A stretch of 64,000 bases of DNA. It comes from an uncultured delta proteobacterium. GTDB taxonomy: Bacteria; Desulfobacterota; Syntrophia; Syntrophales; Smithellaceae. Shown piece after piece: positions 20,346-30,368 of this stretch. The notes under the pieces were generated by a model. The model had not been told where the DNA came from and did not search any database. It saw only the letters and a program-made list of their open reading frames with translations. Numbering within the stretch: the first letter of the stretch is position 1; each line of letters starts with the position of its first letter. Location of the stretch: positions 314,457 to 378,456 of the forward strand of contig CAVWEH010000004.1 of NCBI GenBank assembly GCA_963753975.1. The letters are read 5' to 3'. The position numbers and the translations under genes are program-made.

Positions 20346-21530
20346 ATGAGGAAACCGGAAATAGACCATATTCTGACAAGGATGCTGGAATCCAATGCTA
20401 ACATTTCCGATGTCGTCTTGACCGTGGATAAACCTTTTCAAGTCGAAGCGGCAGGCCGTTTGGTGGGCGTAGATTTAGAGCCTCCCTTTGAAAGACTGAC
20501 CCCGTTTCAAACAGAAATTTTCGCTCTCAACCTGATTAACCAGGATCAGCGTCTGCTTGAAATGCTGATTAGAGAAGGTTCCTGCGATTTGTCTTATGAA
20601 TTGCCGGGAATCGCCCGTTTCCGTGTAAATATATTTTCACAACTCGGCCACTATTCTATCGTTTTAAGAAAACTCGAAACAAAAATTCCTTCTTGCGCCG
20701 ACCTCGGATTACCCGACGCCTATTATCGCATTGCCGCTGAAAAAAACGGAATTGTTCTGATAACGGGCGCAACGGGTACCGGCAAAACAACATCGCTTGC
20801 CGCCGTCATCAATGAAATCAACGAACATAATTCGGTGCATATAATAACGTTGGAAGACCCCGTAGAATATACGCACTCGCAAAAAGAGGCCACTATTAAC
20901 CAGCGTGAGCTAGGCAAAGATTTCGATACTTTTGCCAATGGCTTGCGCGCTGCTCTGCGACAGGCTCCCAAGGTAATCCTTGTCGGCGAAATGCGCGACC
21001 GCGAATCCATAGAAATCGCCTTGAATGCCGCGGAAACCGGTCATCTTGTCTTGAGCACTTTGCATACAATTGATGCCGGCCAAACAGTTAACCGTATTCT
21101 GGGCATGTTCTCCATAGAAGAAGAAAATCAAATACGCACGCGTCTGGCCGACTCGTTGCGCTGGATCGTCTGCCAACGTTTGATGCCCAAAATAGGCGGC
21201 GGGCGCGTTGCCGCCTTTGAGGCACTGGGCACCAGCCTGCGCGTCAGAGACATCATTCTGCACGGTGAATCAGAAGGTAAAACTTTTTTTGATATAATCC
21301 AACAAGGAAAAGCCTTTGGCATGATTACTTTTGATAATTGCATTGTCGACCTTTATGAAAAAGATTTAATTACCGAAGATACGGCCAGAGCTTATGCCTC
21401 GAACAAATCCAATGTAGGTCGAGGAATTGATGTGATAAAAAGTACCCGCGGTGAAAAAACAACCGATTTGGACAAGCTGGAAGTCGATCTCTTATACGGC
21501 AAGATAAAAACCGATCCGTGGAAAGCATAA
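20346..21530 (+). CDS. PilT/PilU-family ATPase (second paralogue)
   Basis: GATGTGKTT, TLEDPVE, ALRQAP, GEMRD, ETGHLV. Confidence 0.9.
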   Translation: MRKPEIDHILTRMLESNANISDVVLTVDKPFQVEAAGRLVGVDLEPPFERLTPFQTEIFALNLINQDQRLLEMLIREGSCDLSYELPGIARFRVNIFSQLGHYSIVLRKLETKIPSCADLGLPDAYYRIAAEKNGIVLITGATGTGKTTSLAAVINEINEHNSVHIITLEDPVEYTHSQKEATINQRELGKDFDTFANGLRAALRQAPKVILVGEMRDRESIEIALNAAETGHLVLSTLHTIDAGQTVNRILGMFSIEEENQIRTRLADSLRWIVCQRLMPKIGGGRVAAFEALGTSLRVRDIILHGESEGKTFFDIIQQGKAFGMITFDNCIVDLYEKDLITEDTARAYASNKSNVGRGIDVIKSTRGEKTTDLDKLEVDLLYGKIKTDPWKA

Positions 21531-21578
21531 TAAGCAAAATTTAGCTACGCCCCAACGAATTACAGCAAGGAGATTAAG

Positions 21579-22094
21579 ATGAGTGAAGAAAGATCTACAT
21601 TGGGTGCAACCGGGTCAGGAGGAATAGATTATTCCGGAAGGCCTTTCGGTTATCTTAACCCAGATAGTGAAACAGCCATGATTTGTGAACAGGATCCCGC
21701 AATAAGAGAGGAGATCAATAAAGCCCTCAAAACACTCAAAATAGATGTAGTTGAACCGACGACATTTAAAGAAGCCCTGAGATATTTACGTTTTCATATC
21801 TTTGATGTAATTGTCGTTGACGAAAATTTCGACACCGGTGTTGGGGAAGTCAATTATGTTCTCAATTATATAGAAAACTTAATTATGCCTGTCCGTCGGC
21901 AGACTTTTGCAGTTCTAATCAGTGAAACTTATCCGACTATGGATAACATGCGTGCCTACAATAAAAGTGTTAACTTAATTATCAATAAAAAAGAAATTGC
22001 GGAAGCAGCCCCGATTCTAAAAAAAGAAATTGCGGATAATTCGGATTTTTATTACGTATTTAAGGAAAATATTAATAAGTTTGGGAAAATTTAA
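21579..22094 (+). CDS. Hypothetical protein with an atypical receiver-like (CheY) fold
   Basis: AMICEQD ... EALRYLRFHIFDVIVVDENF pattern; SD AAGGAG; follows the pilT pair. Confidence 0.55.
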   Translation: MSEERSTLGATGSGGIDYSGRPFGYLNPDSETAMICEQDPAIREEINKALKTLKIDVVEPTTFKEALRYLRFHIFDVIVVDENFDTGVGEVNYVLNYIENLIMPVRRQTFAVLISETYPTMDNMRAYNKSVNLIINKKEIAEAAPILKKEIADNSDFYYVFKENINKFGKI

Positions 22095-22096
22095 CC

Positions 22097-23054
22097 TTAT
22101 CCGATTTCTTTTACTTCGCGCATAATTTTATCTGCCCGGTCTTTAAGACCCATCGCCCTGTAGGCAGAAACCAAACCAAAATAGTAAGGCTTGATGTTTT
22201 CGTATTTAATTGCTTTCTCAAAGGCTGCCGCGGCCTGAGAAAAATATTTTGCCTTCAGCAGCATATTGCCTAAACGATTGCAATATGCTCCGGCACTGTT
22301 ACGGCCGCCGTATTTTACAGCCTTATCATAAGCCTTCAGAGCCTTGTCAATTTGTCCCTAGACCAATAAGACTGTCTCCTAACGAACAGTAATAGAGCGG
22401 ATTTTCCGGACTTAAAGCAATACATTTATCAATTAATCTTCCAGCCTCCTTATGATTATCCGCCTGCTGAAACAAAGCAGTTAACTTAAAGCAGTAATTG
22501 GCAGCTTGTTCCGGATCAATTTTACCGGCGTGTATATAGGCTTCTTCGCTTTCTGAAAATAAGCCTGCGGCAAATAACGCTTCTCCCCAAAGGCAATAAA
22601 AAGCGGGATTATCGTCTTCCATTTTGATGATTTTTTCATATATACTGCAGGCCTCTTCAGCTTTGCCCAGCTGAAGATAGGAGTTGCCCAATTCTGCTAA
22701 TAGTCCGACATCTTCCGGTTGAGCGGTAATTGCTTTTTCGCAAATTTCCACTAATTCGTCGAATCTTTTTTCCTGTTTATAAATACGCACAAGTTCATCA
22801 AAAGCAAAGCCCGTAAAAATTTTCCTCTGCAGTTCTCTTTCCAACAGCATATTTAAACATTCTATAGCTTTTGGGGCAGCTCCGCTATCATAATAAGCCC
22901 AGGCTAACATCAATAAAACGGATTCTTCTTCCGGATGCGTTTTGTTAATTTCTTCAAATATTTTAATCGCTTTCTGACATTGGCCTTGCCGTAAAAGCTT
23001 TTGCGCATTTTCAATTTTATTCAGTTTCTTATCTTTTTCGGCCATACTTTTCAA
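22097..23054 (-). CDS. TPR-repeat protein, one +1 frameshift near 22357
   Basis: TPR motifs throughout. Removing one G from the GGG run extends the frame (GQIDKALKAYDKAV...EIG) to TAA at 22097. Confidence 0.75.
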
Positions 23055-23090
23055 AAAAATAAAAAGAGGGGGAGAAAAATCCCCCCCTCG
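23053..23090 (-). terminator. Probable intrinsic terminator after the HesB-like gene
   Basis: GAGGGGGGGA-TTTT-TCTCCCCCTC hairpin followed by a T-rich run on the minus strand. Confidence 0.55.
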
Positions 23091-23093
23091 CTG

Positions 23094-23411
23094 CTAGCAA
23101 CTGCAAGTCGAGCCGCAACCTCCGCTATCGGCAGGAGCGAGGCTGGAAGTTAATTTAAACCCCGACCCTTGCGGCGTACTCACAAAATCGACATTGATCG
23201 GTTTTGCTTGATTATAAATATCCTTATCAATAATATACTTTGTGCCTTTTTCTTCAAACACTTCGTCTTCTTTCTTCGGCTCATCCAGAGCCATGCCCAA
23301 AGAGGGACCGGATCAGCCAAAAGACAAAGTTATTCGAACAGCGGAATCTGTATTCTTATCTTTGAGAAAATCTTTGATTACCTCCGCTGCTTTATCCGTT
23401 ACTGTAAACAT
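23094..23411 (-). CDS. IscA/HesB-like selenoprotein (UGA read as Sec at codon 33)
   Basis: SD AAGGAGG, ATG at 23411, MFTVTDKAAEVIKDFL...SFG-TGA(23313-23315)-SGPSLGMALDEP...GCGSTCSC. The TGA sits at the first IscA Cys position, a downstream hairpin GGCTC-TGGAT-GAGCC is present, and tRNA-Sec is in the same window. Confidence 0.88.
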
Positions 23412-23689
23412 CACATATCCTCCTTACCGTGATGGATATTTTTCCATCGACATTTTAGATAACTTAGCCATATTTGATGAGTTGTCAATTACATTTTTCC
23501 TAAACCTTTAAAATACAGTGTCTTTCCCTGTATTCGAACCATGAAGCTTGTTTCCATTGACATTAAATGTCGATCTCGCTTATTATTCCCCATACAGCAA
23601 TCGATAATATAACCAGGTATTTATACGAAGGAATTATTAAACACTATTTCGCCGAGAAAAAATTACAGCACCAAGGTTAAAATAATCTC

Positions 23690-24526
23690 ATGCCGCTTTT
23701 CGCTTTTCTATTAGTTCTTCTGGCAGCTACTTTTCATGCTCTGTGGAATTTTGCCGCAAAAAAAGCATCCGGTAATCTTAGCGTTATTTGGATTGGTTTA
23801 GTGCTGGCGACAATCGCTATTATTCCTTTTCTTGTTTTTCTTTCACCCGAACGAATATTCGTAACAAAAGCATGGCCGTTCGTTCTGGCGACGGGAATAA
23901 TTCACGCTGTTTATTTTTTCGCCGTTGCCAAAGCATACGAGCATGGGGATATTTCTGTCGTCTATCCCATTGCCAGAGGAAGCGGCATAGCCGGTACAGC
24001 TATAATAGCATGTTTATTACTTCAGGAAAAAATATCAGCTGCCGGGTCAGCGGGCATTTTATTAATCAGCCTCGGCACACTTTTGCTTGGGCTTACTAAT
24101 ATTCAGCAAAAACGCGGCATATTCTTTTCTTTATTAGTTGCCATAATGATCATCGGCTACTCGATTGTCGACAAACTGGGGGTCGGCATTATCCATCCCT
24201 TAGGTTACATATTCGGACTGGTATTATTGACAACAATTTTTTTGGCGCCTTATATACTGATAAATAGACGGCAAGAATTATTATCGGCCACGAAGAACAT
24301 GAAAAAATATTCCTTGACCATCGGGCTCGGCTCCGGAGGGACTTATCTGATCATCCTCTTCGTCTTTCAAATTGCGCAGGTCAGCTACGTTGTAGCGGCC
24401 AGAGAACTGGCGGTAGCTTTCGGCGCTCTATTAGGCTTTATCTTTCTTCAAGAAAAATTTTCGGTCCAAAAACTGCTGGGGATTATGGGAATTGTAATCG
24501 GCATGATTCTCATCAAAATAGCATAA
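23690..24526 (+). CDS. EamA/DMT family transporter
   Basis: HALWN, GDISVVYPIARG, YSIVDK, about 10 TM helices. Confidence 0.85.
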   Translation: MPLFAFLLVLLAATFHALWNFAAKKASGNLSVIWIGLVLATIAIIPFLVFLSPERIFVTKAWPFVLATGIIHAVYFFAVAKAYEHGDISVVYPIARGSGIAGTAIIACLLLQEKISAAGSAGILLISLGTLLLGLTNIQQKRGIFFSLLVAIMIIGYSIVDKLGVGIIHPLGYIFGLVLLTTIFLAPYILINRRQELLSATKNMKKYSLTIGLGSGGTYLIILFVFQIAQVSYVVAARELAVAFGALLGFIFLQEKFSVQKLLGIMGIVIGMILIKIA

Positions 24527-24543
24527 GTTACTATCTTTTCTAA

Positions 24544-25122
24544 TTACGCCCTTGAGGGCTTAACTAGAAATCGCCATAGAGCCCTTCTATCTTTATCTTT
24601 CGCGTAATTGATGCCGATTCTGGGAGTAGCTAAAATTGATTTTGCCGGAATTTTTTTATAATTTTCGATCCACAATTGACTGCCCAATGTCAAATCCCAG
24701 CCATTTAAAGATTTGTCAATATTTAATGCCTGACATATTTTTGCCGGTCCGTTGGTGAGCTCGGAACCCTTTTGTTTCCGACGGGCTTCCATTTCTTTTA
24801 CTCCTGTGACAGGCATTATAGCGCGCACAAGTACAGCGCAAGGATTACCTTCAGCTTCAGTCACCAGGTTGAGCATATAGTGCATTCCATAAGTAAAATA
24901 CACATAGGCATGACCGGGTTTACCGAACATAACGGCATTGCGTGGTGTTTTACCCCGGTGGGCATGACAGGCACTGTCCGCCTCTCCGCAGTAAGCTTCG
25001 GTTTCCACGATCATTCCGGAAAGCTCAAGACCATTTATTTTTCGCACCAGTTTAGTTCCTAAAAGCGCCTTCGCTACTTTAAGCGTACCTCGCTCATAAA
25101 ATTTTCTATTCAATATACACAT
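24544..25122 (-). CDS. DNA-3-methyladenine glycosylase (MPG/AAG family)
   Basis: IVETEAY, YVYFTYGMHY, NGPAKICQAL, TPRIGI. Confidence 0.92.
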   Translation of the reverse strand: MCILNRKFYERGTLKVAKALLGTKLVRKINGLELSGMIVETEAYCGEADSACHAHRGKTPRNAVMFGKPGHAYVYFTYGMHYMLNLVTEAEGNPCAVLVRAIMPVTGVKEMEARRKQKGSELTNGPAKICQALNIDKSLNGWDLTLGSQLWIENYKKIPAKSILATPRIGINYAKDKDRRALWRFLVKPSRA

Positions 25123-25164
25123 GATTAGTTAAATGATCGCAAATATTTTCTTGATTATAAAGGT

Positions 25165-25394
25165 TGAGTCACGGGTATTATACCCCCTCCGCTTAGCGGG
25201 ATCAATTCAACTGACGCTTCAAACTTCGTTTCATTCGTTTTTAGCGAGTTTCATTGATTCGACCTGCAAGCTTCAGTCGTAGATGACCTTCAGGTTATGC
25301 ACTCTGTTTCCGAAACTTGGGTCTCATTACAACTTACCAATTCCGACTTGTGACCTTTAGGTCATACGCTTTGCTTTCGGAATTGGAGGTTCAC
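25165..25394 (+). repeat. Modular hairpin element, copy 1 (head plus 3 modules)
   Basis: Head TGAGTCACGGGTATTATACCCCCTCCGCTTAGCGGGAT, then three hairpin modules, ending GGAGGTTCAC; homologous to copies at 27835, 37176 and 42833. Confidence 0.85.
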
Positions 25395-25409
25395 AAATAA
25401 AATTAATTT

Positions 25410-25445
25410 TAAAGCCGCGGCCTTAAACAAAAAGACCGCGGCCTC
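25410..25445 (-). terminator. Hairpin terminator after asd
   Basis: GCCGCGGCCTT-AAACA-AAAGACCGCGGC imperfect inverted repeat followed by TTT on the minus strand. Confidence 0.5.
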
Positions 25446-25464
25446 AAGTTTTTAACTGGTAATC

Positions 25465-26544
25465 TTAAATCAATTTTAAATAATTTTTGACGAGATATTC
25501 CGCTGTCTGCAAAGCTCCCTTAGCCGCGCCAAGCTTAGTGTTGTGAGCCAGGCAAACATATTTAATTCCGTTTTGTATGACCGGATCTTTGCGGATACGT
25601 CCCACAGTTACGGTCATCCCGCCGCCTTTATCCCTATCCATGCGCGGCTGCGGGCGAAAAGGATCATCGGTAACATCGATGAGACGAGCTGGTGAGCTAG
25701 GCAAGCCGAGTTCGACAAAATCCTTGCCGTAATTCATCATCGCTTTTTTCACCTGCTCCGGCGAACAAGGTTTTACAGTTTGCACAAAAGCGCAAACCAT
25801 ATGACCGTCGAGTACAGGCACTCGTGTGCAGGTCGCCGTAATTCCGAAAGACGCATGCTCGATAGTCTCACCTTTAAATTTACCCAGAATTTTTTGCGGC
25901 TCGGTTTCCACCTTTGGTTCTTCGCCGACTACATAGGGAATGACATTCTCGGTCATATCCATTACGGATAAACCGGGTGTTCTTCCCGCGCCGGACATAG
26001 CCTGTAATGAAGTCATGACTACCTGCTTTACGCCGAACAGGTCCTCTATTGGCTTGAGCGAAACAACCAGCCCGGCAATCGTGCAATTAGGCTTGGGAGA
26101 CACAAACCCCTTCCACCCGCGCTTTTTTTGTTGAATGGCAAGCAGAGCTGCATGCTCCATATTTACACCACCGACGAGAATCGGCGTATCCGATTCATAA
26201 CGGAATGCCGATGCCGTACTGATAACCGGTGTAAACTTGGCGTATTTCGGCTCCAGCTCTTTTGCCGCGGAAGCATCCATCGTGGAAAAAATAATATCCA
26301 CTGAGGTAGGATCAAAATCAGCGGCATCTTCCACGGGAAGTTCGCCTATTTCCGCCGGCAGTTCTTCCGGACACCACCAGCGCGAAGAACCGTTAGCGTC
26401 TTTTAAGGCTTCCCGGTAATTTTTTCCCGCAGAGCGCTCGGAGGCCGCAAGTTTCGTGATCTTGAACCAGGGATGACCGGTCAAACTTACTATCGCCTGC
26501 TGACCGACTATACCGGTTGCGCCGATAATGGCAATTCTTAACAT
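25465..26544 (-). CDS. asd: Aspartate-semialdehyde dehydrogenase (archaeal/fungal-type clade)
   Basis: GATGIVGQ, HPWF, AASERSAGK, PNCT, ATCTRVPVLDGH, PQPRMDRD. Confidence 0.9.
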   Translation of the reverse strand: MLRIAIIGATGIVGQQAIVSLTGHPWFKITKLAASERSAGKNYREALKDANGSSRWWCPEELPAEIGELPVEDAADFDPTSVDIIFSTMDASAAKELEPKYAKFTPVISTASAFRYESDTPILVGGVNMEHAALLAIQQKKRGWKGFVSPKPNCTIAGLVVSLKPIEDLFGVKQVVMTSLQAMSGAGRTPGLSVMDMTENVIPYVVGEEPKVETEPQKILGKFKGETIEHASFGITATCTRVPVLDGHMVCAFVQTVKPCSPEQVKKAMMNYGKDFVELGLPSSPARLIDVTDDPFRPQPRMDRDKGGGMTVTVGRIRKDPVIQNGIKYVCLAHNTKLGAAKGALQTAEYLVKNYLKLI

Positions 26545-26579
26545 TATTTGATAACCTCCATATTATTTTGCATTCATTT

Positions 26580-27515
26580 TTATCCACACTTGTTTTCAGA
26601 ATTTTTCTTATTTTTCTCTACATCCGCCGCTATTTGTTTCTTCAATCTTTCGGGACTATCGAATTTGACAATATCCCTCAACTTCTCCACAAAATGAATA
26701 TTCAGTCTTTTCCCTCTCAGGTTTCCGGAAAAATCAAGTAAATGGACCTCAAAAGTAAAAGTATAATCGGCAAAGGTCGGCTTCTCGCCGATGTTTAAAG
26801 CTGCCATATAGCGTTTTCCTTCTACGTCGGCAAAAGCGGCATAGATACCCGCCGCCGGCAGCAATTCTTTTTCCGGCTCTATATTGGCCGTAGGAAAACC
26901 AAGCTCAACGCCGCGGCCATAACCCTTCACCACAATACCGGCGACATTATACCATCTTCCCAATAAATTAGTTACTGTCTTCAAATCACCTTTAATAATC
27001 AAATTCCTGATGAGAGTACTGCTCACCACATTTTCTCCCACCTTGAAAGCGTCAATTACCTCAACTGTAAAACCCAGTTTGCGACCGGCGTTAATCAAAT
27101 AATCACTGTTGCCCTTTTTTTCCTGACCGAAGGTGTAATCATGGCCGACAATAATCTTTTTTATAGTCAGCTTTTTATGGAGAAATCCCCGGACAAATTC
27201 CTCGGCAGTAAGACGTGAATAATCCATGGAGAAAGGGATTATCAGCGTACCGTCAATTCCGCACTTTTCCAGAATTTGCAGCCTCTCTGCCAATGTAGTT
27301 ATAAGATAAAAAGGCCGGATTTCCGGATGGAGAACCATTTTGGGATGTGGATCGAAAGTAATAACCAGCGATTTTGTTCCGGCGCTTCCGGCCTCAGCCG
27401 CAAGTTTGCGGCAAATAAACTGATGGCTTAAATGCACCCCGTCAAAATTGCCGATAGTGACAAAAGATCCGCGAAAGTCTCGGGTTATATTTTTTATTCC
27501 CCTAAATACAATCAT
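26580..27515 (-). CDS. ribF: Bifunctional riboflavin kinase/FAD synthetase
   Basis: IGNFDGVHLSH, TFDPHP, VSSTLIR, LGFPTAN, EVHLLDF. Confidence 0.95.
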   Translation of the reverse strand: MIVFRGIKNITRDFRGSFVTIGNFDGVHLSHQFICRKLAAEAGSAGTKSLVITFDPHPKMVLHPEIRPFYLITTLAERLQILEKCGIDGTLIIPFSMDYSRLTAEEFVRGFLHKKLTIKKIIVGHDYTFGQEKKGNSDYLINAGRKLGFTVEVIDAFKVGENVVSSTLIRNLIIKGDLKTVTNLLGRWYNVAGIVVKGYGRGVELGFPTANIEPEKELLPAAGIYAAFADVEGKRYMAALNIGEKPTFADYTFTFEVHLLDFSGNLRGKRLNIHFVEKLRDIVKFDSPERLKKQIAADVEKNKKNSENKCG

Positions 27516-27630
27516 TTTTTCTTACCACTCGTAACTATAATTAGCGCGGTAACATAGCATTTTGGGAATTAATTTCAAGTCATTTTATCTTGACAAGAAT
27601 GTGTTGATCGGTATAGTGCACTTTTCGCGT

Positions 27631-27717
27631 GCCGAAGTGGCGGAATTGGTAGACGCGCTAGGTTCAGGGTCTAGTGGGTGTACGCCTGTCCGGGTTCAAA
27701 TCCCGGCTTCGGCACCA
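27631..27717 (+). tRNA. tRNA-Leu (CAG)
   Basis: GCCGAAG/CTTCGGC acceptor stem, anticodon loop TTCAGGG, long variable arm, encoded CCA; TTGACA-16 bp-TATAGT upstream. Confidence 0.95.
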
Positions 27718-27834
27718 AAATTTTTATCTGCTTTATAGCGAGAAAAGCCCTCTATATCATTACTACATGAGAATTTAACTTGACGCTTAAGAACATTTTC
27801 CTTATCTTATCATTACAGCAAAATTACTTCTCAG

Positions 27835-28152
27835 GAATCACAGGTATGAATAAAGCAAACTTTGGAAACCGATTCGCAAGCTTGCTGCGGGGTATTATAC
27901 CCTCCGCTACGCGGGATATCCCTGCATCCTTTGGCTGCAGGATGAATTCAGCTAACAAATATTACCGTGCTGCACTTGTAATATTTGAGTTTCATTCATT
28001 CGACCTGCAAGCTTCAGCATGAGTGACCTCTTGTGCCCTTCAGGTTATTAGGTTATGCACTATGTTTCTGAAGCTTGGGTCTCATTACAAGTTACCAATT
28101 CCGACTTGTGACCTTTAGGTTACGCGCTTCGCTTTCAGAGTTGGAGTTTCAC
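27835..28152 (+). repeat. Modular hairpin element, copy 2
   Basis: GAATCACAGGTAT...GGGTATTATACCCTCCGCTACGCGGGAT head, three modules, ending GGAGTTTCAC 7 nt before the ccdA ATG. Confidence 0.85.
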
Positions 28153-28159
28153 GAATAAA

Positions 28160-28870
28160 ATGATTGAAAACCTGCTTAACAATTTAACTTTATACCTGCA
28201 AGAATCAGTTTTACTGGCATTTCTTGCGGCGTATGTCGGCGGAGTTTTGATAAGTTTCACCCCTTGCAACTATCCGCTTATCCCGGTAACAGTTGGGTTT
28301 ATCGGAGCTCAAGCTTCGGAATCCAAACTACGCGGCTTTATTCTTTCGATTTTTTATGTTTGCGGGCTGGCGCTTACCTATTCCCTTTTAGGAGCTCTGG
28401 CCGCTTTATCCGGCAAACTTTTCGGACAAATGCAGACAACCCCGTGGACATATTTTATCATGGCTAACCTTTGTCTTTTTATGGGCCTGGCTATGCTGGA
28501 TGTTTTTACGATTTCTTTGCCTATGCCGCAAAAACTCGCCAAGTTTTCGGGTAACAAAAAAAGCTTCTTCAACAGTTTTTTAATTGGCGCCATATCCGGT
28601 GTTGTCATGGGCCCCTGCACGGCGCCGGTTTTGGCTGTTTTATTAGGCTATGTCGCTATGCGCAATAACCTTATGCTGGGCATGAGTCTGCTTTTTGTTT
28701 TTGCCTTCGGCATGGGAACGCTGCTGATTATTGCCGGAACATTTGCCGGCCTGATTGCCGCCCTGCCCCGTTCGGGAATTTGGATGACAAAAATTAATCA
28801 TGTCTTCGGGTGGATATTAATTGGCGCCGGAGAATATTTTCTTTATACTGCGGGTGCACTGTCCATTTAA
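28160..28870 (+). CDS. CcdA/DsbD-like transmembrane electron transporter
   Basis: SFTPCNYPLIP and GPCTAPVL Cys-Pro motifs, multi-TM. Confidence 0.88.
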   Translation: MIENLLNNLTLYLQESVLLAFLAAYVGGVLISFTPCNYPLIPVTVGFIGAQASESKLRGFILSIFYVCGLALTYSLLGALAALSGKLFGQMQTTPWTYFIMANLCLFMGLAMLDVFTISLPMPQKLAKFSGNKKSFFNSFLIGAISGVVMGPCTAPVLAVLLGYVAMRNNLMLGMSLLFVFAFGMGTLLIIAGTFAGLIAALPRSGIWMTKINHVFGWILIGAGEYFLYTAGALSI

Positions 28871-28884
28871 AAAACGAGGGTTTA

Positions 28885-29397
28885 ATGAATAAAAAAATAA
28901 TCGCATTTTTGATAACTCCGGTTGTGCTGATATTCATCATGGTCACGTTGTCTTTCGGACAGTTTATTGCTAATGCCCCTTTTAAATCCGCTGAGGTAAT
29001 CGCTCCGGATTTTTCTTTAAAAGACCTCCAAGGAAAAACATTCAAATTGAGCAGATATTCCGGTAAGCCGGTTTTGTTGTTTTTCGGCGCTACCTGGTGC
29101 CCTTCCTGCCGCGCTGAAATACCTGCCTATAAAAATATCTATGCAACCTATTCGAAAAGCTCTCTGGAAGTCGTCTACATAGATATAATGGAACCGGTGA
29201 AGAAAGTGGCACGTTTTGCCAAGACCAATTCACTCACTTACAAGGTGTTGATTGATGGAGACGGAAATGTAGCCGATAATTACGGCATTATCGGCGTGCC
29301 GACATTGATTCTCATCGATAAGGAAGGATATGTCACTGAAATTAGCCATCGCACAGCGGACTTGCCGTTAAATAAGCTTTTCCCGGCTAAGAAGTAA
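28885..29397 (+). CDS. TlpA/ResA-family thioredoxin
   Basis: N-terminal anchor, APDFSLKDL, ATWCPSC, GVPT; ATG at 28885 has a GAGG SD. Confidence 0.88.
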   Translation: MNKKIIAFLITPVVLIFIMVTLSFGQFIANAPFKSAEVIAPDFSLKDLQGKTFKLSRYSGKPVLLFFGATWCPSCRAEIPAYKNIYATYSKSSLEVVYIDIMEPVKKVARFAKTNSLTYKVLIDGDGNVADNYGIIGVPTLILIDKEGYVTEISHRTADLPLNKLFPAKK

Positions 29398-29460
29398 TCT
29401 ATATAAATTTCATATTGGATCTGATAAATAATCTTAATAGCACAAAAAGGAAGAGGAAAA

Positions 29461-29673
29461 ATGGCAGATAAAAACTGGCTGCAAAATCTAACTAGATCGG
29501 AAAAAGACTCCTGGATTGGCGGTGTTTGCGGCGGTTTAGGCGAACACACTTCCATCCCTTCCTGGACATGGCGTCTGCTTTTTTCGCTGCTTTTTGTTTT
29601 TTACGGCACCGGTTTACTAATTTATATTCTGCTTTGGATTTTTGTTCCACCTCCAGCAAAATCGCAGGATTAA
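29461..29673 (+). CDS. PspC domain protein
   Basis: LTRS...IGGVCGGLGE...YILLWIFVP. Confidence 0.88.
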   Translation: MADKNWLQNLTRSEKDSWIGGVCGGLGEHTSIPSWTWRLLFSLLFVFYGTGLLIYILLWIFVPPPAKSQD

Positions 29674-29675
29674 CA

Positions 29676-30341
29676 ATGAAGTTAAATGACGACATTTATG
29701 TCTACGAATGGACAAACTATTTTGACAACAACTGCAACAGCTACTATATAGGCGGCAAGGTGCAGGCGTTAATTGACCCGGGGCTGACCCGTTACCTGCC
29801 TGACCTACTCAAGCAGATGTCCGCCGACGGCATTAAAAAGGAAAATATTCGTTACATTATCAACACCCATTCACATCCCGATCATTTTCAGGGAGCCGAA
29901 CTTTTTGATCCGGACAAAGTTAAAATCGCATTGCACCAAAAAGAACTGGAATTTTTAAAAGGAGTCGGCGGTGAACTATACGGCCTTTTTGGAATTACTG
30001 TTCCGCAAATGCAGATAAATTTCCCGCTTCAGGAAGGCAATGTTACTTTAGGCGATCAATCTTTTAAAATAATACTCGCCCCCGGCCACTCCCCGGGCTC
30101 TATCGGCCTTTACTGGTCGGAGCAAAAAGCTTTATTTTGCGGCGATGTAATTTTCGAGCAAAATGTCGGGCGCACCGATTTTCCCGGCGGCAATGGTTCG
30201 CTTTTAAAAAAGAGCATCATTTCTTTTTCTAAGCTCGATCTGGAGTTGCTTTTTCCGGGACACATGGGTATTGTTGAGGGCAGGGAAAAGGTTCAGGACA
30301 ATTTTAATATCGTTATCCAAAATATTTTCCCCTATATATGA
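29676..30341 (+). CDS. Metallo-beta-lactamase fold hydrolase (glyoxalase II-like)
   Basis: THSHPDH, PGHSPGS, GDVIF, GRTDFPGG, PGH; start at ATG 29676. Confidence 0.88.
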   Translation: MKLNDDIYVYEWTNYFDNNCNSYYIGGKVQALIDPGLTRYLPDLLKQMSADGIKKENIRYIINTHSHPDHFQGAELFDPDKVKIALHQKELEFLKGVGGELYGLFGITVPQMQINFPLQEGNVTLGDQSFKIILAPGHSPGSIGLYWSEQKALFCGDVIFEQNVGRTDFPGGNGSLLKKSIISFSKLDLELLFPGHMGIVEGREKVQDNFNIVIQNIFPYI

Positions 30342-30368
30342 AGCTATACTTTTATCAGGATAAAAAAA

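Noticed and set aside
25207..25394. Modules as attC sites or hammerhead ribozymes
   Set aside because: AAC/GTT is replaced by GAC/GTC or GGC/GCC in several modules, no ORFs lie between modules, and there is no CTGANGA hammerhead core.
27780..28022. 80-aa ORF after tRNA-Leu, or an island integrated at tRNA-Leu
   Set aside because: The ORF is read through repeat copy 2; no integrase or duplicated tRNA-Leu end is in the window.
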